The notes: generated from the letters alone by a model not told the origin. A stretch of DNA of 64,000 bases from Moniliella sp. 'wahieum' (GCA_003971905.1 RSEE01000071.1:1-64000); one strand, 5' to 3'. Counted from the stretch's first letter, positions 1 through 11,341 are shown. Program-made: numbers and translations.

Positions 1-4
1 AGAG

Positions 5-180
5 AAGTTACACCCACCCATCCCTAACCCTACCCACCCCGACCCACAACACCCACCCTCCGATGGCCTCGACGATAGCTCGCTACGAAATCGTCCGCTC
101 GTTGCAGCATATGGCCTCCGTTTTCCCATCCGACGCCCCGTTCAAAAGTTACACCCACCCATCCCTAACCCTACCCACCC
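5..180. repeat. 35-bp direct repeat AAGTTACACCCACCCATCCCTAACCCTACCCACCC at 5-39 and 146-180
   Basis: Two identical copies read directly, 141 bp apart; each contains a CCCTAACCCT telomere-like 10-mer. Confidence 0.9.
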
Positions 181-239
181 AACCCACCTAGACGGGTGAT
201 GACTACGTCAGAGGTCATAGGCCTCAGGACTATTGAGGT

Positions 240-267
240 ATCGCATACGGGCTAGCCCGTATGCGAT
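240..267. repeat. 28-bp perfect palindrome ATCGCATACGGGCTAGCCCGTATGCGAT
   Basis: Equals its own reverse complement; flanked by direct repeat GCCTC(A/G)GGACTATTGA at 221-236 and 291-306. Confidence 0.9.
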
Positions 268-587
268 GACCTCCGCCTCGATTGTTATGCGCCTCGGGAC
301 TATTGAATCTTTGAACATACGTCTAGGGCTACGCCCCAAACGACACCGAATCTGGTGTCTGCCAGGTAGATCAGGAGGTGTGCTGAAAAAAAATATTTTT
401 GCGTTGGGTGGTGGTGGTAGGTGGTGGGGACGGCCTTCCGGGTGGTGGTGGCGGTGGCGGTCGCGGCGGCGGGCGGCGGCGGCGGCGGCGCTGCTATTTA
501 ATTAATGCTGGTCACCGGTGGGTGGTCACGGGTGCGGGGGGTCATGACGGCACGGCCAAAAATACCCTGAGATACATCAGTTGGGAT

Positions 588-617
588 CCCTCTGATACAT
601 CTAGATGTATATGAGGG
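588..617. repeat. Hairpin: CCCTC..ATACATCTAGATGTAT..GAGGG
   Basis: 16-bp perfect palindrome at 595-610 with an outer CCCTC/GAGGG stem. Confidence 0.85.
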
Positions 618-674
618 ACCTCGTCACATCCAGCCAGTCCCGTGACATCCCTCGGGAGTTGGGAATATGTCTAG

Positions 675-3600
675 GAGTTGGGCACGCAAACCACGTTAAG
701 CCTAGTGGACACGGGGGCCGAGAGATCGTTTATTGACCGCGCGGAAGTGCGCAAACACGGGTACGTCATGAATCCACTCTCCGCCCCCTCCAGGTGCGGC
801 TACTGGACGAAGAAGAAGCTGCTCAGGCCAGGTTACTCACTCTTGCCTTCTGTCTTTCAACCTGGGCGGCCGAACGTTCAGCCACGAGTTCCTCGTTACG
901 TCGATTCCGCGCTATCCAGCGGTCTTGGGTACCGACTTCCTTTACGCCAACGATGTGTCGCTCTCTTTCGCTCGAGATGGTTCAGCCGAGCTTAGCTTCC
1001 AGGGCGATGGCCCCTCGATCGAGTGTTGTGGTATCATGGACATACGTTTAGTCTCGGCCTCCCGGTTCAATCACGAGCTTCAACGAGACGATGATCTCCT
1101 AGTCGGCCAAGTGTGGGTTGACGATCAGGGCGAGGTGGTGGCTACGCCCGGAGAGATTCAAGTTGCTCAAGCGGAGACCGAGGCGGACGCGGATGACGAG
1201 CCGGTGGAGGAGCGCGCCGTCAGTACGATGCCCAACGAGTTGCGTATGGTCGAGGACCCAGGCCCCGGGCAGTTGGATGTTGATGACCCAGTGGATGGGG
1301 TTTTCCCCGAGCCTCCGAAGCCGCGCCCCCTTGAGGAGATTGCCAAGCTCGTGCCCCCAGAATTCGCGGATTGCCTAGATGCCTTTGACGAGAATCGGCT
1401 CAATCGTCTACCCCCGTTGCGTCCCGGTTATGACCACGAGATAGAGCTCCTACCGGGTGTCAAGCCTTTCTTCGGCAAGATCTATCCTCTGTCCACTACG
1501 GAATCGGCAGTGCTGGCCGAGTGGATCCGTTCAAACCTGGCCAGAGGGTGGATTAGCCGGTCCACATCCGCGTGGCGCTCCCCGGTGCTATTCGTTCGCA
1601 AGAAGTCGGGAGAGGTCAGAGTCGTGACGGATCTACGTGGCGTGAACGCTAGGTCTGTCAAGAAAAGAGTGCCTCTTCCCCTCATCGACGAAACGCTCCA
1701 GCGCCTGTCGGGGTGGAAGTACTACACCCAGTTGGATCTCAAGAGCGCCTACAACCTGGTCCGAGTTGCCCCCAAGTCTGTTCCGTATACCGCAGTGGGT
1801 ACCAAATTCGGTTCTTTCGTTTCCAATGTGATGCCGTTTGGCTTGCAAGGAGCGGGTTCCACCTTCACTACCCTCATCAACGCGGTGCTATCGGACTTTA
1901 TCGACACGCACGTCTTCTGCTACCTGGATGATCTCGCGATCGTGCACAATGATCGAGGTGAGCATGTTCGAGTGGTCAAAGAGGTTCTGAAGCGTCTAGC
2001 CGACAACCATCTGGTGGTTGGCATTGACAAGTGCAAGTTCTTCCAAGATTCCATTTCGTTCTTGGGGCATCGGGTGGGCACACTAGGCTTATCCATGGAG
2101 GTCGATCGGGTCAAGGCAGTGTTGGATTGGCCCACGCCCAAGTCGCCGAAGGAGTTGCTCCGCGCTTTAGGGTTTATGAACTTCTGGAGAATCTACGTGC
2201 CGTCCTACTCGCAGTACACCGCGCCCCTGACCCAATTGCTTCACAAGGGTCAGCGTTGGGAATGGACCCCCGAGCACCAACGTTGTTTCGATCGTCTCAA
2301 GGAAGCGTTTACTCAAGCCCCAGTGCTGGCGCCCTTCGACCAGAACAAGCCTTTGAGAATCGAGTCGGACGCGAGTGGCTATGCCGTGGCAGCGGTCCTC
2401 TCTCAGCCTCACGAGGGCCGGCAGCGCCCCATAGCCTATTGGTCAAGGAAGCTTACGCCCGCCGAGCAACGCTGGGGAGTAGGAGATCAAGAGTTGTTAC
2501 CCCTAATCACGGCGCTCAAGGTCTTTCGGCATCTGGTGGAGTCGGCCCCGGAGTTGGAGTTGGTGACCGACCACAAGAATCTGGTGAGCTACAACGACGA
2601 AGGGCAGCGGAACCGCCGGCAAGCGAGCTGGCGCGTGTTTCTTTCGGCCTACCAACCAAGGATGATTTATCGTCCCGGGTCGAAGAATGGTGCTGCGGAT
2701 GGATTATCTCGTCGTCCAGACCTAGTCGAGCAAGCCAAGAGCGAAGGCGCGGCCGATGCAGCCGAGTGGCGCAAGCAACCGATCCTGCGAGCCAAGTCAG
2801 AGGAGCATGTTGAGGACTATGAGTCGCTCCTGTTGCCGGGAGCCAAGGTGGTGCCGCAAGCCGGGGTTGAAGCGCATGCGGGCGAAGTGGAAGCAGTTGA
2901 GGAGCAGCCGCCCGAAGGCGAGGTGATTGAAGCCATACGAGAGCTCAAGGAGCACGACAGCGGGTACGAGGCCATCGTGGAGCGAGTCGAAGAAGGTTGT
3001 GCGCCGCAGGAGTATGAGATGCGCAACGGGTTGCTCTACTTCCAAGGGAGAATCTACGTGCCCGAATCCGAAGCACTGCGGTATACCTTGCTCCACGACC
3101 ACCATGACAAGCCCGAGGCTGGCCACCAGGGAAGAGAGCGCACGTACGATCAGTTGGCGCGTTGGTACTATTGGCCAGGAATGACTTTCGATGTGCGTCG
3201 TTATGTGGGAACGTGCTCGTCATGTCAGACTGTCAAGAGCCGCCGCCATCGTCCCTATGGTCTACTGCAACCGTTGGAAGTGCCAGCCCGACCTTGGTCA
3301 AGCTTCAGTATGGATCACTTCGGTCCCCTGCCAGAGGGAGGACTTGGGAGCAAGGGCGAGACGCTGAACATGGTGCTGGTGGTGGTGGATCGGTTGTCCA
3401 AGATGGTGGTGCTCATCCCGTGCAGCTCCGGCGACACGGCGGGTCGTTTGCTTGAGCGGCTGACGGAGAAGGTGTTCAACGTGTATGGGCTGCCGACCGA
3501 GATCGTGAGCGACAGAGGGCCGTTGTTCACTTCGTCCCAGGTGCGTGGCTTTTGCGAGAAGCATGGCATTCGCCAAAGCATGGCCACTACCCAGCACCCT

Positions 3601-4422
3601 CAGTCCGATGGGCAGTCGGAGCGGTTTGTCGATCTGGTTAAGACTCATCTGCGCCATTTCGTTAACCATCTGCAGTCCGATTGGGTCGAGTACCTTCCCT
3701 CAGCCGCCTTCGCGCTCAACACCGCTCGCTCCGCTTCAACAGGGTTGTCTCCGTTCTACATCATGCATGGGTTCCAGCCGCTCAAACCAGGTGACCCAGT
3801 CGCTGCCGTGCGAGAGAATGAGCCAGGGGAGGAACATCAAGAGGCTCGGATCGAGGCGATTGAGACGGCCAAGGGAGCTTTGGAGCAGGCGCGCAAGAGA
3901 GCCAAACACTATGCCGATCGGTTGCGGAGCGAGGCGCCGGAGCTGGAAGCGGGAGATTGGGTGCTGGTTGATCAGGAGCGGGTGCCGTCAACTCGGCCGA
4001 GTGGATCGTTGGAGCGCAGGTACTTGGGGCCATTTAAGATCAAGGCCAAGGTACACGAGGGGGCGTATGTGGTTGACCTTCCCCCGTCGATCAAGATCCA
4101 TCCTGTGCTCAACATCTCTGCCCTCGAGCCGTACCGCTTCGATGCCGTGCCAGCCCGGCACGAGCCCTTACCTCCACCGCCCGAAGTTGAGCGAGGCGAA
4201 GAACACTGGCTCGTCAAGCGCATCCTCGATTCCCGTTGCTACCGTCGCCAGTTCCAGTACCTGGTCTCCTTCGTCGGCTTCCCTGAGTCAGAGAACGATT
4301 GGGTGCCCGCCAACGACATGGGGGATGAGGCTCCAGTGGTGATCGAGTTCCACACCCAGCACCCCGAGAAATACTGCTCCCAAGCACGCAAACGGGCCTT
4401 GGCCCGCCTTCTCGAGGAGTAG
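675..4422 (+). CDS. pol: Pol polyprotein (aspartic protease, RT, RNase H, integrase, chromodomain)
   Basis: Protease LVDTGAERSFI...AVLGTDFL (two frameshifts ~785-825); RT LDLKSAY, MPFGL, YLDD; RNase H ESDASGYAVAAVL, TDHKNL, ADGLSR; integrase HH-CC (HDKPEAGH..CSSC), SMDH, VSDRG, GQSER; GPF motif; chromodomain WLVKRILD..YLVSFVGF..NDWVP. ORF 925-4422 is uninterrupted. Confidence 0.95.
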
Positions 4423-4496
4423 TACCCCGCCCCAGTTCCCCCAGGTTCGGTTGAGGAGGAGAAGCCCAACCTGGTAGGCGTGCGGACACGCCTTGT

Positions 4497-4505
4497 GAAG
4501 GGGAG
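4497..4505 (+). other. Polypurine tract GAAGGGGAG
   Basis: Purine run ending 5 nt before the LTR start TGTTAC (4511). Confidence 0.8.
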
Positions 4506-4510
4506 CGTAA

Positions 4511-5330
4511 TGTTACGGGCCGCGTCGGATCCAAGATGGTCTGATCCTAGCTAAGGCCCGCCTGCTCTGCACCAACCCAGTGGAGCGCGCCCCCAAGCCC
4601 AACCACGTTTGACGATGGTTGGTTGTACCCTGTACGGTGGTCCGAGTTGCCATGCGTACGCGCGACAGTAGTCGCCTCCCGCCCAAGTCCAAGTCGGTGG
4701 TCAAAACGAGACCACCAAGTATTCAGTATCTTTGCGACGTCCGTCGCCCGTCACCACTTATTTTCCTTTCTCGATCGCGCCTGCGGCGATCAACCCCTCT
4801 TTTGACGTGCCTTTCTTTCTACACCCCCTTTTGTGTCGTTTCCCCTTTTTCGATTAAGCCTGTACCCCCGGTGGGTGGGGGATCTTTTCCTCCACCCTCC
4901 ATTTCGTCCCTTTCCCGCCTATCCTGTCCGACTCCTGCCCGTTTCCAGCCAATTGATCCAGTACAGGCAGCTCTCTTGTTAGCGTCCGACTTCTCCTCCG
5001 ACCTCGTCCTCCAGCCCCTCGTCAACCCCATCGCGCGAGCCCCCTTTGGCCGCGGCGATTCCCAGTCTCAGTTAAGGCAGTGTTTGTCCGCCGCTGCCTC
5101 CTCCCGTCCCTAAGTCCCGGAGGCTTCAGACACGTTACTACGGCCCAAGCCGGTGCAGACGCAGCCTTGCCACACGTGCAGCCGCCCCACCAAAGGCTCT
5201 CCTCGTCCCTAGCTCCGCTCGGATACACCAACCAGCCCAAGCCCGAAACTACCGTGAGTCGTCCTTCCGTCTCCTAAGGGATTGTACCCAAGAACCTGGG
5301 TGAGCCCCCTGGCGGGGCCCGCCCGTGACA
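4511..5330 (+). repeat. 3' LTR (820 bp)
   Basis: Starts TGTTACGGGC right after the PPT and ends GCCCGTGACA (9/10 inverted match, TG..CA); next 5 bp GGTAT are the candidate TSD. Confidence 0.8.
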
Positions 5331-6579
5331 GGTATACATACGTTGTGGCCATTATCTTCAAACGCCGGCGAAAGGAATGCTCCATGTTGTTGGCTCCATG
5401 ATTGCTGCCTGTCCTCCCTTCTACTTTTATGCCAACTCTTCCAAGATGCCGCACCCCTCGAAAGTGGAATTCCCTTCTTTGGTTGGTGCAGTGGGGCATA
5501 ACGTGCGACGCGCCTCTTAGTGCTTCATCCCGTGCAGCCCCGTCCTCCTTACGCGAATTACGAATATACTTGACGACTTGCCTGCATGTCATGACGTATG
5601 GTAATGCTGCTATCTTCATTTTCATTGTGGGTCCCTGTTGGTACTGTTTGCCTGCAGGACTGTGCTCATGTGGCCCGCCGTCGCCGCCGCTACCAACGAT
5701 GCGATTAGCTGCTACCGATATGGGCAGTATCTCTCCAACACTTGGTGGGCACATGCGTTTCGACGAAGCTGACTGGCCCAGATTGTGGTGATGATACGAT
5801 GCCCACGCTCTCTTGTGCTCTCTTGTGGTGCGAGTTGCTGACAATCGACGCAGCCCAAACAGCACCAGTAGTAACATACGTACTTACACAGCAAGGAAAC
5901 GGGTGGCATCAATGCCTCCTATTCACAGGCATCCGGCGCGTACGCGGTAAAAGTGCAGGCATTGCTCTACTTGACGATAGGCAGCCGCCCTTTCAAGGCA
6001 AGTTCGCACCCCGCTCTCCCTTCGGTGGGGTCTGTACGGAAGAGCGCCAACACTGGGCGGTAGTGAGCTGCACTTGGGCAGCACGACGGGGAAGCCATCT
6101 GCAGAGCCCCCGGCTACAACACAGCTCCGAAGCGGTTGCTGTGGGGGGGGGGGTAGTATTTTGTGGCCACAGCACGTTCAGGTGGTCGCGGAAGCAACCC
6201 GAGCTGCCCCTCGAGCAAAAGCAATCGACCACCCCCGCCAGGCCGCGCAGAAAGGGATGTTGTCCGCTCGCATGCGCTCATGGCGGCTGGGCGGTGATGG
6301 CCAGGCGGCTGAGGGTGTGTCGCGCACGGCGAGGGTGGGGGCGGGCGCGGACAATCCCCTCACCCGAGCCCTGCCCACTTCCCTGTCGGGGGGAGCGTTG
6401 CGGCCACCGCCTCGCATGTCGCGCAGAGCAGTCGCAATCCATTCAGCTTGGCTGCGGCCCCACCTAAGCCTAGCACCGCGCCGATTGGGATCTCGTCGCT
6501 TTTTGGGACGCCTTTCGCTTCTCGACCACCAACCACCACTTTCGGCCTCGCGGCACCTTGTTTTCTCGTTCCCGTTTCG

Positions 6580-7450
6580 CCCTCCGCTCTCGCTACACAA
6601 CAGGCCATATGCTGGAGGGCACGCTCTTCGGCTTTGAATCTTGCTGCGATGCAGGCAGGCATCGAGACGGTGGCTTTGCGGCGGCGGCCTGCGCCGGCTG
6701 CCCCCCCAGTCATCAGCACGACAAAACATGACCACAAGTTCAAACCTGACACCTGTCTTGACCGATCCGGCCACTTCTTTTCCATGCGAGGTCCGCTTTA
6801 TGCATGACGGAATGCAACCACCTGAATGCGGCCCCCACGTCAGGTATCGTCAGCTGGGAGGGTGGCAGTAAGAATTGCCCACTCCCCTTGCTGGGTAACA
6901 GGATGCGGTGCACGCCTTGCAAAGCCAGCACCCCCTCGACCAAAAGCAGTACCGCTTTCGCATGGTTTCCTTGCAGGTATTTGCTGTCCTCCGATTTCAA
7001 CTGCGTCCCACCTTAATCTAGGTCGACGCTCCAGAACCTGCCCTCGCTCCCTGGTGGAGTGCTCGACATCCCTTCCGTATCGATCTCCACTAGTTTAACC
7101 ATGATCGGCGGTGCGTGACGCCCCAAGAGCAAGCATTTGCTGCAAACTGGCTCGATGGTAATTATCGCGCCCGGGAGGGAACCCGATTTCGGTTCAGTAG
7201 CAACTGGCTTGTCATGGGCTACGCTCGAAACTAAGCCCCACGTCACATGTCGGACAGTCCAGGAGTGGATGCTTGAGACGGGCATGAGCTTTGCCTTTGC
7301 AGCACAGGTGCCAACAATGGCGCCATGCCAGTTGCTACTATTAGTAGTTGCACTGGCAAGGTGGCGTTGAATATGGTGCCCTCCCTTTCAGTGGGTCTGC
7401 TCGTACCCGTGCTGCATCCATCGACGAGTGAAACTGGGACCACATCCCTC
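6580..7450 (+). pseudogene. Degenerate gene with MuDR/WRKY-like zinc-finger remnants
   Basis: Across frames: TCLDRSGHFFSMRG..SW(fs)RVAVRIAHSPC (6754-6891), then WMLETGMSF and WCPPF; matches the motif of the minus-strand gene; stops and frameshifts present. Confidence 0.35.
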
Positions 7451-7989
7451 CTGTCCCTCTTAGCGGTGTTGCGGCAAGGAAGGGGCCAACGTTGCCATCA
7501 ATGCACGCTGTGTCGGGGTGCGACATCTCGTCCATCCGCTTCTGCTGACTGTTCGTACCCGGCAAGCCCATGTCACCTCCGCCTTCCATGCCGCCGAAGT
7601 GCTAGACGTGTCGGTGCACTTTCACAATGCCTTACTCGGCGTTACCACAGCTATACTCACTATATGTTCATCATGTACGAAACCACCCATGGCTTACTCT
7701 GCTGTGATGTACTGACAAGCGCGTTAAACAGGTACGGCTTGATGGAGCCGAATAGCCGACCCAGTAAACAAGTGGTCTCCTTGATAGCTGCAGATGGTTT
7801 CCCCCGCATCAACTTAAACACCTCGCCAAGCAACGGCAACCTCGGATGGTGGCGGGACTTGTTTTCAGGAGACCGGGAGTGTGTGGGTGAAAGCAACGGA
7901 CGGGCTTTGCAAGAGCAGATGCGGAAGCGGTAGCGGATGGAGATACGTCCGTACACCAGACGCGACGGGAGCAGACACCGCACTCGCTG

Positions 7990-9950
7990 AGGTCATGGCG
8001 AGGTCAGTGCCGGTGCCGGTGCCGATACGCTGGGGGACGCGCACGGCGGGGGGCCCGCCCGGGCGTGAGCAGCATAACAGACGAGTCCGACGCCCCCGCC
8101 AACGCCGCTACGGTCCATCCTCTTCCGCTTCCTCAGCTGCCTCTGCATCCGCTTCATGTTGCACTCTTCCACCTCCGCATCCGCTTCATGTTGCCCTTCC
8201 TCTTCCACCTCCACGTCTGCTTCCTATTGTCCTTCCTCTTCCGCTTCTTCGCCCGCTTCCTCCTGCACGCCCACGTGGCTGCGCGTGATCATGAAGCGCC
8301 AAGCGCCCTACGCCACCACAGCATCCATGGTGGGGTCTCAGTCCGTGTCCGCGTCCGAGTTCCCGTCCGAGTCCGAGTCCGAGTCCGAGTCCGATTCAGA
8401 ATTCTGCTGGGCAACGTCGAAATGTGCATCGCGTTTCCGGGCTTGGTGTGTGCTGCGCAATAACGTGGGCAGCTCGAGGTTGGCCTGGAAACAGGAAGAG
8501 TGCGAAGCAAACGGTCAGGCCGCGAAGGTGCATACGGGCACAACACGAGGCGGGCAAGGGTAGGGGAAACTGTAGCCCAACGGTAAGCGGCAAACCTACT
8601 AACCCAGAAAAAATGAGTCGATCTAACAATTGCGTCGTAGTGAGCTCTTTCAGCTCGGGTATCGATAGGTCCGTGACGACAAACATTTGGCCTACATCAT
8701 GACGCACTGTGGTACCTCGATGCTCTTGACAGGCCGTTTGGGACAAGAGCGTACGTGCCAGTGGACGAGGCGCAGGCGCCACTGTGGGTCTGGATTGGCG
8801 TCCCATGATGGCAAGGGGGGGGGTAGCAATCGGTTCCGCACGACCAACAGCAAAAAAGGGACAGCAGGGGGAAAGGCAGGTGAGCATGTGCTGCGGCGGG
8901 TGGGGGGTGCATTGGTGGAACTCGTCGCCCGGTTGCAATTTGAAGGAGGGCGAGGACGCGACCGAGGGCTGGAGGCACCAGAGCTTATTGTCGGACTGGA
9001 GGAAGAAAAGCATTGACGCAACGTCGACCAAATCCGCTTCGTAGTGGGCAAAGCGTTGGTCCGTGATCCACGCAAAGTTTGGCGTGGCGGCGATAGACTC
9101 AAGTGCCCCGCGTCGGCGCTGCGTGGGAGAGCGGGAGTGGGCAAGTCTCCGCCTCCGTGGTGCGGGCGTGGGCAGTGGCGCGTAGGCGCCTGGCGTGTTG
9201 AAGGATACCCTTGGCCTGCTCGCGTGAGTTCTGGCGGACAGGAGCCGCTCGGCGCAGGAAGAGAAGGAGGTCAGCGTGCCCGAATAAGGGGTGTATGTAT
9301 CGCATGCATGCATGCGAGAGGCCAGGAGACACACCGTCCACGTCAAAGGGTGCTGTTGGAGCACGAGCATGGGTGTCGTGCCCTGCAGCGCATCGTCATC
9401 GACCCGGGGGAGCGCGGTTAACACCTCGCGCCAGCCCAGCGGCGTTTCCCTGGCCAGCCTGCGCATGCGAGGGCAGCCGTTGGCGTGGGTGGTGTAGATG
9501 CGGATGGTCCATGAGGACGGCGCGGGCGGGCGTCGTCGGTGATGGGAAGGGCGGCGGGGACATGCGCGAGGACGAGGGTAAAGAAGGGGCAGTCGTGGGT
9601 GCGGCAGATAAAGGCGGTCTGGATAGGACCGACGTGGTCGTCAGGTTGGTGGGGGGGCGGGTGCACGCGCGTTCGGTCTGGGCAGCGCCCAGGCCGGTGC
9701 GGGAATGCATCGCGTGCCGTTTTCGCGGTGTTGTGCGCGGCACTTGCTCGTTGTGCGCGTAGCGGTGCGCTCCGACTTGTCCTCCGAAACGTCTCCCGAC
9801 TCGGCCTCATCCGACTCAACCTCCAACTCCACTTGCCCCGATGAGAGGGTGGGGGAGGCGGTCGCCGTCAAGGAGAACGGCACGGACGCCGCAGCCAACG
9901 TCGAGGCCGACGCCGCTCAATGTCGCTGCAGCGGCAGGCGGGGCATTCGA
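7990..9950 (-). pseudogene. Protein with two tandem C-x4-CPFF-x23-W-x7-H-x3-CP zinc-finger-like domains and an acidic tail
   Basis: D1 9473-9606 ICRTHDCPFF..WTIRIYTTHANGCP; D2 8743-8878 TCLSPCCPFF..WRLRLVHWHVRSCP, preceded by FKLQPGDEF; in-frame stops at 8338, 8308 and 8224 in the D/E-rich tail. Confidence 0.5.
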
Positions 9951-11341
9951 CCCAAAGGGCGCATCATTGATGCGACTGGGAACGCAGATGATCGATTGCG
10001 TCGTGACGTGTGACACGTGACGTGTGACGCGTGACAGGTGGCAAGGGTCCTGGGGCCCTGGTGTGGCACGTGTCAAGCAACGCAGTCTCGGTGCCACGAA
10101 AACCGGATATGGAGGGATGCTCCAGGCAGCATGCGGGCAGTCTGTCCATACAGCAGGGGCCTGCAGGGGGATTTCTCCGCCCCATCACATGTCACACGTC
10201 ACATGTGATGTCGCGTCAAGCAGACGCTCCACCCGAAACGCCAGATTGATCAAACCCCGCCGGGCGCGGGGCACGTGTGGCGAGCGCGTGTGGATACGCG
10301 TAGCCACCAGGTGCGGAGCGCGTGTGGCGTTGCTACACGCGGGGCGGGTAAATGAAGGCCGGCCCACGTGGCGCCTTCCCCAGGGGTGGCTCCATGTGTT
10401 CTATGCGCCTAAGATCCCCCCCTCCCCGCCGGCAAACCGGCACCGGTGTCTTTGATGGAGGCATGGTGTTCTTTTGCTCTCGTCTTTCTCGTCCTTCCGG
10501 TCACGCGTTCGGTCTACAGGGGGGGCTTGGGACGCAATCGGCAAAGCGGCCGAAGTCGTGTGGGCGGTACTGCATCCGACAGTGTCTCACACATGCACTT
10601 CTCCGTCACTCAAATCGGCGCGCCCGCACCACCACATGTTAGTATATATTGCCGGCTCATCGCGCTCATCGCCCCTCCATTGCGTTCTCACGCTTGAAGA
10701 GGGAGAAGAAAAGGGTGAAGATGTGTTTGTTTATAGGCACTTGAATGTCGCTAACTTCAAGCTTCACGCATCACGCGCGTCACGTCAATACGGCCCGCGA
10801 TATCCAGATGTAGAAAGGATGTAAGGATTTCCGTGATGCGCATCGTGATGAGACCCTAGATCCTAGATGAGATCGATGAGATCTGAGAGGATTCAATTTT
10901 TCGAACACTTGACCAAATAATGTCGGTGTTGGGAAACTGAGATGCGGTGGCCTCGCTTCACTATACTGCTGATGCAAAATAATCATCGTGCGGTAACAGT
11001 TTTGGGACTGTGCAAAGGGGAGGAGCGATACAGGAGATTGCTGCTGTTGTCCTGATCATTTGGATCATCGCGCCAATCACACCGAGATCTAAATTCTCAT
11101 TGACCTATATGCATCACGCGCCTCATGCCTCTCATGGCCATGATATTGGAATCGGTTGAGCTCGATAAACAGCAACAGTCATTGAACGGTCAATGATCTT
11201 TGAACGCTTTGAATACCGTTGATCGTTGAGGATGCACGATGCCTTGAAACACGTTTTGAGAACGGTGAACGTTGCCAAAGAGTTGAACGTCAACGTCAAC
11301 GTCAACGCAACAAGATGAGGACGTCATTCCGTGAGGCCTCT

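Larger units (their letters stand above)
675..5330 (+). mobile_element. Ty3/Gypsy chromovirus LTR retrotransposon, 5'-truncated in this window (no gag or 5' LTR)
   Basis: PR-RT-RH-IN-chromodomain order, then PPT and an LTR with TG..CA inverted termini. Confidence 0.95.

Noticed and set aside
22..31. CCCTAACCCT as a telomere or telomerase RNA template (also 56565-56573 and 22610-22620)
   Set aside because: Fewer than two units, no array, and no recognisable TER structure
5345..5390. HSFRR..AT on the minus strand as a tyrosine recombinase motif
   Set aside because: No other catalytic motifs (upstream R/K, W..Y) found; a short chance match
10844..10887. Box C/D snoRNA (GTGATGA..CTGA)
   Set aside because: Only ~40 nt between boxes, low-complexity GAGAT repeats and no terminal stem
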